A DNA stretch of 64,000 nucleotides from Candidatus Heimdallarchaeota archaeon (GTDB lineage Archaea; Asgardarchaeota; Heimdallarchaeia; Heimdallarchaeales; Heimdallarchaeaceae), in contig JAHLWR010000007.1 in NCBI GenBank assembly GCA_019057815.1, positions 1 through 64,000 of the forward strand. The letters are read 5' to 3'. The notes under the pieces are model-generated. The model made no database searches. It was not told the DNA's origin and worked only from the letters and a program-made list of their open reading frames with translations. Made by a program: the position numbers and the translations under genes. Shown one piece after another: positions 31,201 through 40,404 of the stretch. Each line of letters opens with the position of its first letter. Within the stretch, counting starts at the first letter, position 1.

Positions 31201-34200
31201 TTAGAGCTTAAATCTATAACTAATATTTCAGATGATGTTAGTTGAACAACCTCAGCAGTTTCTTTATCTAATGAAATCTGAACAGGAGATACTTCTCTTG
31301 CACTAATTTCACTTTCTAAAGACTCTTCTTTCGTTTCTATTATAACTTCCTCTGGTGTTTGGGTTATGACAGTAAGATTTGCATCAACAAATTTTCTTAT
31401 ATCAGTTATTGTTCTAATATCTCCAATGTTTTCATCCTCAGAGATTTCAAAACCAAATACATTTCTAACCTCACCAAAAATCTCCACTTGTTTGATTGTA
31501 TCAATACCTAAATCCTCTTCGAGATCCATCTCTAAATCTATGTCATTTGGTTCATAACCAGTTATTTTTGATATAATTTTTACGATTTCTATATTGATAT
31601 TTGATGATTCTTGTTTTTCCTCTATTACTTCAGTCGTTACTTCCACCGTTACTTCAGTCGTTAAAACTTGTTTGTCACCTTGAAGATGAGTGTTAACGTA
31701 TCCTACAATTTCCTTTACTGTTCGGTATTCCGCTAAACTTAAATCTTCAGATGTTTTTATGGTGAATTTATCTCTAATTTCACCAAAAATCTCCACTTGT
31801 TTGATTGTATCAATTCCTAAGTCTTCTTCGAGATCCATCTCTAGATCTATAACATCAGGTTCATAACCAGTTATTTTGGATATGATGTTTACAATTTCTA
31901 CGTCGATATTAGATGATTCTTGCTTTTTCTCAATGTCTTTAATTGGTAGAATTACTTTCTCATTTCCGAGATTTTCATTTACAAAAGTTGCAATATCCTC
32001 TACAGTTCGATATTCTGCTAAACTTAAATCTTCAGACATTTCCATATTGAATTTATCTCTAATTTCACCAAAAATCTCTGCTTGTTTGATCGTATCAATG
32101 CCTAAATCTTCTTCGAGATCCATTTCCACTTCAATAGAATCAGTATCATAACCTGTTGTTTTAGAAATGATAGTAATTATATCTGTCATAACTTGTTGAT
32201 TAGCAACTTGCATTGTAATTGGTTTTGGTTTAATTGCGATAACTTCAGCACTAGAAGGATGGGAAACAGTTTTTAATCTCAACACACGTCCCTCAAGATG
32301 AAGCTGAGTCTTGTTTCCACCAAGAGAGCTCAACCAATTATCATATTCTTTAGATATGAATCTATCTTTGTAACTGTTAAGTCTAAACAGAGCAAAGGCT
32401 AGTTGAGATCCAAAACCAGCTGCAAACTTTAGTGCATATTTTTTCCTTTCTTCTTCTCCTTTCGAGAATTTAAATTTAGTAAATGCAGGATCTATTTCTT
32501 TTAGATTAGCGATAGGGGGTAATTTTCCTTTTTCCATGGATTTGATAGCAATACACTCTTCTAATCCTGCACCCATAGCATGCCCTGTAAACCCTTTTGT
32601 GTTGATGATAGTCATATCATATGCATCCTTTCCAAAAACACGTTCTAGAGTTACAATCTCTGCTTCAGCTGAACCTCCTCTTGCTGGAGTGTATGTTTCA
32701 TGTGAAACAAACATGCCATTCTTAGCTATTTCTTTTCGTGAAATGTTGTGTACATCCTCCATTTTGACAACAAACTTTTCCATTTCTTTGTAAATTTGAT
32801 CAACATCAAGTCTAGATCCGTGAAAAGCATTATTGGAGAAAAATGTACCAAGAAGGTCTACAATTGGTTTAACTCCTCTTTTCACAAACGATTCAGAGCT
32901 TTCAATTATTAGACCAGCAGCAGCTGCTCCTATTAATAAACCATGTCTATTTTTCCCAAAAGGTAGAGCTGCTTCTTCAACTTTTGCCTTTGTTGAAACA
33001 CCTCCTGCAGCTAAAAATCCTGCACCTATCCATGGTAGAAGATCTGGACTCGATGCATTATCTCCAGCAATGACAATAACTCTTTTACATCTTCCATTCC
33101 TTATCCAGTCTTCAGCTACTCCAATAGCTTGTGTCGTTGAAGCGCATGCTGAATTTATTTGAGTATTTGGTCCCTTAGCTTTGATCAATTGTGCGAATTG
33201 AGAATGACCCATTGACAATATCTTGTATATAAAATCTCTACTAAACTGTCTTTTATTATCATTGTTAGTTATATATTGAAGATTTTCGTTATACCATTTT
33301 CTTAACTCTTCTTTAATTTGTACATTACTAATTTCACTACTTAATAGATTTAAAACTGTCTCGATTTCTTTTCTATTTTTTTCTTCAAAAACAGAAATAA
33401 AGTGATTAGAAATTTCCTTAATGAGATTGTTATAACCAGGAAAAGCTGAAGCGAAGATGATTCCTGTATCTTCACGTAAATCCTCTGGTAGAGCCCAATC
33501 TCCTTGTATCACTTTACCTGTCGTTGTCATTATTTCTGTTTTTACTAGTGGAATTCCCGCATCTCTTAATGCCTCATAACCAGCACCAATAGCCAGTTGA
33601 AAAGTTGAATCAAGAGCGTTTAGAAGTTTTGGATTGATATTATAATCTTTTTCAAGATCAAAACTACCAAGTTGTCCTGCTAAACTAATAACTTTGGATA
33701 TGTCATCTATATTCTCGAAAGTAGCATTACCATCAGGTGATTTTACCAATCGGATGATGTTCTTATCTAGGATTTTTTGTTTTGTCTGATAATCAACCGC
33801 ATCAATAAGATTTTCTCCTGAAAGTATGCGGTCAATATTCTGATCATCAAAAACTCTATTTGTTTTGCCTGGTATTCCTATCCCAACACCAGTAATACCT
33901 ATTAAACCTGTATTAATTTTAAGAGCCTTATGCTTTTTCAATAAATCTAGAGATTCTCTATATTTTGTATCATATAAATCGAAACTTTGCATGAAGAAGG
34001 ATTTGATTAGGTTTTTGTGCTCTCTTAAATAATCACTGAAATAAGGATTAGAAGAAAGTTCTTTAAATTCAATATCATCTTCCAGAATTCCAAATGCTGA
34101 TATCTGATCCCTTTCAACGCTTATTTCTACTTTGGCTTTCTTCTGTTGATTAACTATCTCGAGTATTTTCTTCACAGTTCTATTTGTTTTTTCAATTTCA

Positions 34201-37200
34201 CTTTCTTTTGGTGATAGTAAAGAGAAGAAATGAACATTTGTTTGTTCTTTTAATATATCTTGAGCAAAATTGGCTAACGCTCGTCTAGGTCCAACTTCAA
34301 CAAAAATTCTTCCTCCATCTTCTTGCATGTTTCTAATTTCATCTATCCATTTTACTGAAGAACTGATTTGTTGAAGAAGTAAAGATCTAATTTCTTCGGG
34401 ATTTTCAGAGTGTTTCTTCCCTGTAACATTACAATAAACTGGAATAGAAGGTTTGTTGTAATCTAAAGATGAAAGAAGATTTTCCAACCCTTTCTCAGCT
34501 TCTTTAACAATTTTTGAATGAAAAGCTGTTGAAACGTTTAACTTTTTCGCATTTATCCCTTTTAGTGAGAACAATTCAATAGCTTTGTCTATACCTCTTT
34601 CTTCTCCACTAATTACAGTTTGTGTAGTTGAATTATAGTTAGCAATCGTCACATAAAAATCAGAAATACTATCTACTACTTCTCTCACTTCCTGAGCAGA
34701 TGCAAATATAGCAGCCATTGCGCCTTTTATTCTTTCTGCAGCTGTTCCCATAGCTCTTCCACGTGCTATAACAGCCTTTAAACCATCTTGAAAAGTTATG
34801 ACATCCGCTGCAACAAGAGCAGAATATTCACCAAGACTATGTCCAGCAACTTTCGAAGGCAATATTCCTTTTTCTTTAAGCAATTCAAATAGAGCTATTT
34901 CTACTACAAACAATGCTGGTTGCGTATACTTGGTATCTCTAAGTCTTGCTTCATTTTCATCTTTTGACAGATGTTCAGACCCAAATAGAATTTCTTTTAA
35001 ATTAAATTGACCAAAATTCTGACAAATTTTTTCCGCACTATTGATTACATTCTTAACAGAACTAAGTTCATCATAAAGTTCGTTTATCATCCCTAAATAT
35101 TGACTTCCTTGTCCTGTAAATAAGAAACAGATTTGACCTGTTTTCATATCTTGTTTCCTATCCAGTTGTGGAGAGAGTATCTGGGAAGCTTCAAGCTGTA
35201 TTATTTTTTCTTCTGTAAAATAGCTAACCTTCTTTGGTGAATACTCTTCAAGGATTGTATGGTAATTAGCTCCTCCAAATCCAAATGCTGAAACTCCAGC
35301 TCTTCTAATAGGAACATTTTCAATTTTCCATTCTTTTAATTCAGTATTAATATAAAGTAAAGACTTTTCCCAATTAATGTTTGGATTCAATTCATTTACA
35401 TTAACAGAAGGAAGAAGTTTCTTCTTGTATAAAGCCAATACAGTCTTGATAAGAGAAGCAATACCTGCAGCACTTTTCATATGTCCTATTTGACTTTTAA
35501 TGGAACCAACAGCTATTTTCTTAGTTCTTTTAGATTTTGAAAATATATCCTCTAGAACAAGCAATTCAGCTTGATCTCCAACTATTGTTGAAGTACCATG
35601 AGCTTCAATATAATCTATATCATTAAGAGTTATCTTAGCTTTCTTGATAGCCATTAAAATAGCTTGTTTTTGACCTTCTGGGTTAGGTGCAGTAATACCT
35701 TTACCTTTTCCATCAGAAGAGGAGCCTATACTTGAGATAATAGAATAGATTTTGTCTCCATCTTTAAGAGCATCTGATAATCTTTTCAAAACCATAAAAC
35801 CTGCGCCCTCTCCCATAACGAAACCATCAGCTTTTGCGTCAAAAGGTCTAGAGCCTGTAGCAGATAATGTTCTGATTTTACTGAATTTAACATATGAAGT
35901 TATATCCATCGACCTATCTGCGCCACCTACAAGCACAACATCATAGTTTTTAGCTAAAAGACCATTTACAGCAGTATCAACAGCAGCAATACTTGAAGCA
36001 CACGCAGCATCTGTAGTCATTGACTTGCCTGTAAGATTGAAAACATTTGCAATTCGTCCTGCTATAATATTTGAAAGCTCACCAGGCATGGTATCTTCTG
36101 TTATTTCAGGATATTTATCCAAATAAGATTTCTTCAAATCGCTCAAAAATGTATCTTGTTTTTCATCATCAAGATTCTGAAAGATTGGATTATTTCTTAT
36201 TTCTTTAACTACTTCTGGAAAGAATAATCGTTTATTATTATTTCTTTGGTTTTCCCCTCCAAGAGCGTTTCCAATAATAGTAGCAATATTCAGTCTTATT
36301 TTCCCGTTAGTTGGGATACCAGCATCTTCTAGAGCTTGTTTTGAAGCATCTAAAGACCATTTTTGAACAAAATCCATTCTATCAGCTATAGTAGGAGGAA
36401 TCCTATATTTAATCGAATTAAATTTAAACTTCTTAACAAAAGCTCCGATTTTTGTGTAAGTTTTATCAGTGGCTTCAATATTTTTATCAAAAAAGATTGC
36501 TGGATCCCATCTATCTTTAGGAATCTCGGAAATAGAATAGCGTTTTGTTATAAGATTGTTCCAGAATTCGTCTATATTCAAAGCATCAGGAAACACACAG
36601 CCCAATCCTACAATGGCAATCCTTTCAACGGTTTCTAACTCTAAGACTGGTTCTTGAACTGGACTAGTTTTAACATCTAAATCAGGTAATGATAAAATGT
36701 TGAAAACCTGTTTTGCGTACTCTTCCCCCCCTTCAATAACATTATAGTGTATATCTGATATTCTATTTACATTCCTTTTAATGGTAACAATATCTCCTGT
36801 CATAAAACAACCAAGTTCTTCTTGATCATTTTCAGAGACAGATATGAATTGAGTTGTTGAAATAGAACCTGGTGTATGGTCTGTATTCCACTTTTCTGCT
36901 TTTGAAGCTATTCTTAGAGCTCCTAAGTTGTCTTTTTCATATAGCTCTTTTCTTTCCGCTATTCTCAGTCCTACTTTTACTCTAGACAACTCTTTTTCTA
37001 GAGTAGATTCCACAAAAGGAGATGAAGCAACTCTTGCTCTTGTATTAACAGAAGCACCAATAACTTTAGTCTGCTTTGTGTTAAGCAAAATTTCCTGATA
37101 CTTTGCGGATAGAGCTCTTGTTGAAACAATCTCTTCTGTTAGCAAATAAGCTGTTCCCATTTGAATACCAGGATTGATAAGGTCTAGATGTTTTCCTATC

Positions 37201-38759
37201 ATTCCAGCAACCATTACTGTGCTTAATGAATCGCTAATACCTCCAGCGAAAATAAGATTTAGTTTTTGCTTTATTTGACTCCTCTGGGTATCAAGATATT
37301 CCAATATCTTTTCCCATAAAATGAAGGAAGTTGCAATTCCTATATGACCCCCACACTCTGATCCCTCAAGAACTAGGTTGTCTAATTCATTCTTAATTGC
37401 TTCTTTGAACATTGATAGAGCTGGAGTGTGAAAAAGAGTTTTGAAACCTAATTGTGCCACTTTTAATGCTAAATCTATGGTTCCTGCAGCGATTAATACA
37501 TAATCTGGTTTGTATTCTTGCATTATTTCAAGCTGATCTTCCCTTCTTTCTTTTATTGCTTCTAAACCTATTATTCCACAACCATAACGAATATTTTGCA
37601 ATTTAGAGTCTGAAGTTTCAAATAACTCTTTAACTTCTTCCTTTAGCAATCCACCTAGAGCAATTATAGGTAGAGCTCCATTATTAGAAATTTTGTTTGC
37701 AAAATCAACATTATCTGAAATATTAGCCATTGGTCCTTGAATAACAGGAATTTCAATACCAAAGTGTTTTGTGAAGTCAGAATTTTTACTAAAAGGCCAA
37801 TCTGCTTTAACATTTATTATTTGAGATCCAATAATTGAATATAAACCATGTAAGAATCCTTCAAGATTTCCAAATTTATCTTTAATATATTGAGCAAAAC
37901 CTATTCCACAATCTAAAGGTAAAAATGCATCCTTTATTTCTTCTTCTTGAAAGAATCTATGCCCTATTGACATCTTTTTTATTTTGTTAAAGAATTGCTC
38001 TTCATCTAGTTGAGATAGTTGATTTTTCTCAATCTCCTTGACGTTTCGAATACTCCTATTAGCAATTTTTCCAGCTAAACGATATTTAGTGTTAAATGAT
38101 TCACCAACAATATATGAATCATTTTCATCTAAATCTTCCAAGTATTTTTTAATATTATCATCTAATGGACACTCAGGAAGCAAATAAAGCTGACTCTCAT
38201 AAACAATTCCTAATGAACCACCTATTAGAGCAGATATAGCGTTATAAACACCAAAACCTCCTTGGATAATAAAAGGATAGCCAGCTTCATAGAAAGATTG
38301 AATCTGAATAAAGGACGTTGTTTCACCTATCAAACCTCCAGATTCTTTACCTTTTACCAAAAAGAAATCTGCCCAATGATCCTTATTTTTAGCGTCATGT
38401 AAGCTTATAACTTCTGCAATAACATATTTGCACTTTTCACGTACATCTTGAATATCAATGTCCTCTATTTGTAATCCAATTATAACTATCGGGATTTTAC
38501 CAATCTCATCTAAATGAATTAATTGGTTTTTGGATGAAACTCTAATGCCCCACAAATTGTTCCTTGGGATATTATTATAACATCTAGTCAGAATTTCCTT
38601 AATGTTTCCCTCTTTAAGATTCTCTAAATCGATAAGTCCTACTCCACCTTGTTTAGAAAGATCTATTGCTAATTGTGGATCGACTAATCCTTTAGGTGAA
38701 TAACCCCATATGGGAAATTTTAGATCTAGTTGTTTTTTTAGCTCTTCAGTCTTTTTCAT
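28206..38759 (-). CDS. Iterative type I PKS / Pfa-like fatty acid megasynthase: ER-like, ER, KS, AT, KS, ACPx3, KR, DH, PPTase
   Basis: FMN TIM barrels (KGKESGG; PVIQGPM, EGSECGGH, FAGGI, QMGTAYL); KS1 DAACASS/EAHGTST/GHMKSAAG; AT GQGSQY/GHSLG/AFHS; KS2 NSACAS/SHETYT/GHAMGAG; 3x DLGIDTIKQ; KR GGGRG/YSFAN; DH DHQIQNIPIFPG; PPTase SISHS/GIDIE/WTVKEAVTKA. Confidence 0.95.
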   Translation of the reverse strand: MKKTEELKKQLDLKFPIWGYSPKGLVDPQLAIDLSKQGGVGLIDLENLKEGNIKEILTRCYNNIPRNNLWGIRVSSKNQLIHLDEIGKIPIVIIGLQIEDIDIQDVREKCKYVIAEVISLHDAKNKDHWADFFLVKGKESGGLIGETTSFIQIQSFYEAGYPFIIQGGFGVYNAISALIGGSLGIVYESQLYLLPECPLDDNIKKYLEDLDENDSYIVGESFNTKYRLAGKIANRSIRNVKEIEKNQLSQLDEEQFFNKIKKMSIGHRFFQEEEIKDAFLPLDCGIGFAQYIKDKFGNLEGFLHGLYSIIGSQIINVKADWPFSKNSDFTKHFGIEIPVIQGPMANISDNVDFANKISNNGALPIIALGGLLKEEVKELFETSDSKLQNIRYGCGIIGLEAIKERREDQLEIMQEYKPDYVLIAAGTIDLALKVAQLGFKTLFHTPALSMFKEAIKNELDNLVLEGSECGGHIGIATSFILWEKILEYLDTQRSQIKQKLNLIFAGGISDSLSTVMVAGMIGKHLDLINPGIQMGTAYLLTEEIVSTRALSAKYQEILLNTKQTKVIGASVNTRARVASSPFVESTLEKELSRVKVGLRIAERKELYEKDNLGALRIASKAEKWNTDHTPGSISTTQFISVSENDQEELGCFMTGDIVTIKRNVNRISDIHYNVIEGGEEYAKQVFNILSLPDLDVKTSPVQEPVLELETVERIAIVGLGCVFPDALNIDEFWNNLITKRYSISEIPKDRWDPAIFFDKNIEATDKTYTKIGAFVKKFKFNSIKYRIPPTIADRMDFVQKWSLDASKQALEDAGIPTNGKIRLNIATIIGNALGGENQRNNNKRLFFPEVVKEIRNNPIFQNLDDEKQDTFLSDLKKSYLDKYPEITEDTMPGELSNIIAGRIANVFNLTGKSMTTDAACASSIAAVDTAVNGLLAKNYDVVLVGGADRSMDITSYVKFSKIRTLSATGSRPFDAKADGFVMGEGAGFMVLKRLSDALKDGDKIYSIISSIGSSSDGKGKGITAPNPEGQKQAILMAIKKAKITLNDIDYIEAHGTSTIVGDQAELLVLEDIFSKSKRTKKIAVGSIKSQIGHMKSAAGIASLIKTVLALYKKKLLPSVNVNELNPNINWEKSLLYINTELKEWKIENVPIRRAGVSAFGFGGANYHTILEEYSPKKVSYFTEEKIIQLEASQILSPQLDRKQDMKTGQICFLFTGQGSQYLGMINELYDELSSVKNVINSAEKICQNFGQFNLKEILFGSEHLSKDENEARLRDTKYTQPALFVVEIALFELLKEKGILPSKVAGHSLGEYSALVAADVITFQDGLKAVIARGRAMGTAAERIKGAMAAIFASAQEVREVVDSISDFYVTIANYNSTTQTVISGEERGIDKAIELFSLKGINAKKLNVSTAFHSKIVKEAEKGLENLLSSLDYNKPSIPVYCNVTGKKHSENPEEIRSLLLQQISSSVKWIDEIRNMQEDGGRIFVEVGPRRALANFAQDILKEQTNVHFFSLLSPKESEIEKTNRTVKKILEIVNQQKKAKVEISVERDQISAFGILEDDIEFKELSSNPYFSDYLREHKNLIKSFFMQSFDLYDTKYRESLDLLKKHKALKINTGLIGITGVGIGIPGKTNRVFDDQNIDRILSGENLIDAVDYQTKQKILDKNIIRLVKSPDGNATFENIDDISKVISLAGQLGSFDLEKDYNINPKLLNALDSTFQLAIGAGYEALRDAGIPLVKTEIMTTTGKVIQGDWALPEDLREDTGIIFASAFPGYNNLIKEISNHFISVFEEKNRKEIETVLNLLSSEISNVQIKEELRKWYNENLQYITNNDNKRQFSRDFIYKILSMGHSQFAQLIKAKGPNTQINSACASTTQAIGVAEDWIRNGRCKRVIVIAGDNASSPDLLPWIGAGFLAAGGVSTKAKVEEAALPFGKNRHGLLIGAAAAGLIIESSESFVKRGVKPIVDLLGTFFSNNAFHGSRLDVDQIYKEMEKFVVKMEDVHNISRKEIAKNGMFVSHETYTPARGGSAEAEIVTLERVFGKDAYDMTIINTKGFTGHAMGAGLEECIAIKSMEKGKLPPIANLKEIDPAFTKFKFSKGEEERKKYALKFAAGFGSQLAFALFRLNSYKDRFISKEYDNWLSSLGGNKTQLHLEGRVLRLKTVSHPSSAEVIAIKPKPITMQVANQQVMTDIITIISKTTGYDTDSIEVEMDLEEDLGIDTIKQAEIFGEIRDKFNMEMSEDLSLAEYRTVEDIATFVNENLGNEKVILPIKDIEKKQESSNIDVEIVNIISKITGYEPDVIDLEMDLEEDLGIDTIKQVEIFGEIRDKFTIKTSEDLSLAEYRTVKEIVGYVNTHLQGDKQVLTTEVTVEVTTEVIEEKQESSNINIEIVKIISKITGYEPNDIDLEMDLEEDLGIDTIKQVEIFGEVRNVFGFEISEDENIGDIRTITDIRKFVDANLTVITQTPEEVIIETKEESLESEISAREVSPVQISLDKETAEVVQLTSSEILVIDLSSNITKELLKELNQQNCRYNSVDILNYKLDEVEKRDYDLILLTPPSLASSAGLVDQQYFEQLFLLFQALEISPKLKIAIISTEEMFGLYGNAVPVSGGISGFVKTLGFEFDIKVKHIYSSSIKKILLELEYWDDYKEIAYKDSKRFTLQNIQKLDLNTITEKNQITNEDLILVLGGGRGITFECIKRLCQKSKPKLALFGIERLPEDMDEVVWYSDEILKVKKQELKVELQSKHEKVTPVILEREWQRFLSQIEVAKNMLYLYEQDIEANFYSVDVRNVNSIKEALEQVKEDFDIPITVLVHAAGLEESKSFKKKKIEKSRVIVSVKVEGIWNVLNNIDQTQLKRVICFSSIAGRFGNTGQIDYSFANGYLSRMCWMLSQKGIPSLAINWSAWADIGMATKGSILDILQSVGITPIPPKEGTKKFVELLEKDIDNEVIVAGKLGFMTENEQEIAKPPSDDFPVTDKIVQNDFPMIDTTYQKEGKIVGNRILSFQNDLFLQDHQIQNIPIFPGVMGLETFAEMFKIINKSKPNEFNDIGFNLAIKQKKKEDKEILVEYNPERGHFSVKTLFTPKVKNAKTIEKEHFVASIKESKKLPKVKQLKILERKTSLLTKSDIYDMYFHRKSFQVIDELQEIKNNIVLAKISIPQFPLFKNKDQQLEISPLAVEAALQTAGLYDLIINKQFSLPSTIKKLTILNESSPAYAKAEFVKSDKTTSYFNVWITDKEGNVIIILDKLGMIHTRIPLDLEESIKNKIEEISEYYQINSQFSEKKVRIVPISTIAALYEKEPNFVESWLVAHEKSRYSRIANQKRKIEYIAGVLAAKELYSTVSEFEDYKEIEIKKQVKGQPFLYSRKDKKRSDWNLSISHSGKYAIATISKDPIGIDIEKIEERKPSFYEEAFTENERENISGDKVLGTQYWTVKEAVTKALGEGLNMKLHDIELSSGGKEKEFSVDFVSKVKDSLKQKSNSFIIENKLVGEYSISVCEIKQDDKNDEEKEV

Positions 38760-38769
38760 ATTAACACCT

Positions 38770-40347
38770 CTAAACTGGCATTATACCGTGCTTTCGACTA
38801 GGGGTTTTTTCTCTTTTATTCTGAAGCATCTGAAGTGCAGCAGATATTTCTCTCCTAGTTTCCTCTGGAAGAATCACTTTATCGACATAACCCAACTCTG
38901 CTGCTTTGTAAGGATTAGCGAATTCATTCTTGTAATCAGTAATGAAATCTAATAAAACAGCTTCTGGATTTTCAGAAGTCTTCAATTTCTTACGATGTAG
39001 TATTTTACATGCACCTTCTGCACCCATAACAGCAATTTCAGCTGTAGGCCAAGCTAGATTGATATCACAACCTAGATGCTTTGAGCTCATAACTATGTAA
39101 GCTCCACCGTAAGCTTTTCGAATAATTACTGAAATCTTTGGAATTGTTGCTTCTGAGTATGCATAAAGAAGCTTAGCACCATGTCGTATAATCCCATTGT
39201 GTTCTTGTTTTACTCCAGGCATAAAACCTGGAACATCTACAAATGTTATAATAGGCAAATTAAATGAATCGCAAAAACGTATAAAACGAGCAGCTTTATC
39301 TGAAGCGTGAGAATCTATTGCACCACCTAAAAACAGCGGTTGATTAGCTATTAAGCCTATAGAACTACCATTTAGCTTACCAAAACCAATAATCATGTTT
39401 TTAGCCCAATTACTTTGAAGTTCAAAAAATGATTCAGAGTCAACAGTAGTTTCAATTATCTCTTTCATATTATAGGGATCATTTTCCTTCTTAGGGATAA
39501 TTTTTGATTGATTTTTTTGATTTACAGCAGATATTTTTCCTTCAGAACTTGGAGGTTCATCTAAATTATTTGAAGGAATATAAGAGAGTAATTTTTTTGT
39601 CAAATCAAGTGTTTCTTCTTCAGTTTCACCAACTTGATGACACACACCTGATTGAGAACTATGTACATCACTTCCTCCTAATTCATAGAAAGTAACATCT
39701 TCTCCTGTAACAGCTTTTACAACTTCTGGTCCTGTTACAAACATGAAAGAACTAGTTTGATTCATTAAAATAAAATCAGTTAATGCTGGTGAATATACCG
39801 CCCCACCAGCACAAGGACCCAGAACAACAGAAATTTGAGGTATAACTCCTGAAGCTTTTACATTTCTATAAAATATATCACCATATCCCGCTAAGGAATC
39901 TATACCTTCTTGAATTCTTGCACCTCCAGAATCTAAAATCCCAATCACAGGACAACCGGTTTTAAACGCTAAATCCATTATTTTACAAATCTTTTTAGCG
40001 TGAGCGTTTCCAAGACTTCCTCCAAAAACTGTAAAATCTTGGCTATACAAAAAGACTTGCCTCCCAGAAATTGTACCATAACCAATAACTACGCCATCCC
40101 CAATAGGACGATCTTTTTGCATACCAAATCCAGATTTCTGATGGACTACAAACTCATCTATCTCAACAAAAGAATCCTCATCAATAAGTAAATCTATTCT
40201 TTCTCTGGCAGTAAGTTTACCTTTATTGTGTTGACTCAAAATTTTGTCTTTTCCCCCGCCAACCTTACTTTTTTCTCTTAGTAAAGCCAACTTTCTAAAC
40301 TCGGAATCACTATCTGAAGGTACGATATTATTTGCTCTCTTTGGCAT
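38770..40347 (-). CDS. pccB: Acyl-CoA carboxylase carboxyltransferase subunit (PccB-type)
   Basis: GKLTARERI, QDFTVFGGS, DSGGARIQEG, GPCAGGAVYSP, DVPGF, RKAYGGAY, RKHG. Confidence 0.95.
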   Translation of the reverse strand: MPKRANNIVPSDSDSEFRKLALLREKSKVGGGKDKILSQHNKGKLTARERIDLLIDEDSFVEIDEFVVHQKSGFGMQKDRPIGDGVVIGYGTISGRQVFLYSQDFTVFGGSLGNAHAKKICKIMDLAFKTGCPVIGILDSGGARIQEGIDSLAGYGDIFYRNVKASGVIPQISVVLGPCAGGAVYSPALTDFILMNQTSSFMFVTGPEVVKAVTGEDVTFYELGGSDVHSSQSGVCHQVGETEEETLDLTKKLLSYIPSNNLDEPPSSEGKISAVNQKNQSKIIPKKENDPYNMKEIIETTVDSESFFELQSNWAKNMIIGFGKLNGSSIGLIANQPLFLGGAIDSHASDKAARFIRFCDSFNLPIITFVDVPGFMPGVKQEHNGIIRHGAKLLYAYSEATIPKISVIIRKAYGGAYIVMSSKHLGCDINLAWPTAEIAVMGAEGACKILHRKKLKTSENPEAVLLDFITDYKNEFANPYKAAELGYVDKVILPEETRREISAALQMLQNKREKTPSRKHGIMPV

Positions 40348-40404
40348 TGCTTGTATTAAAATAAACAGTCAATAAAAAGAATATTCTCTTTCTATGACTA
40401 TATA

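Noticed and set aside
31380-32190. Nucleotide repeats about 300 bp apart
   Set aside because: Explained by the tandem ACP domains; not CRISPR or DGR template/variable repeats.
29374-40191. Short plus-strand ORFs inside the megasynthase and carboxyltransferase
   Set aside because: Antisense shadows with no independent motifs.
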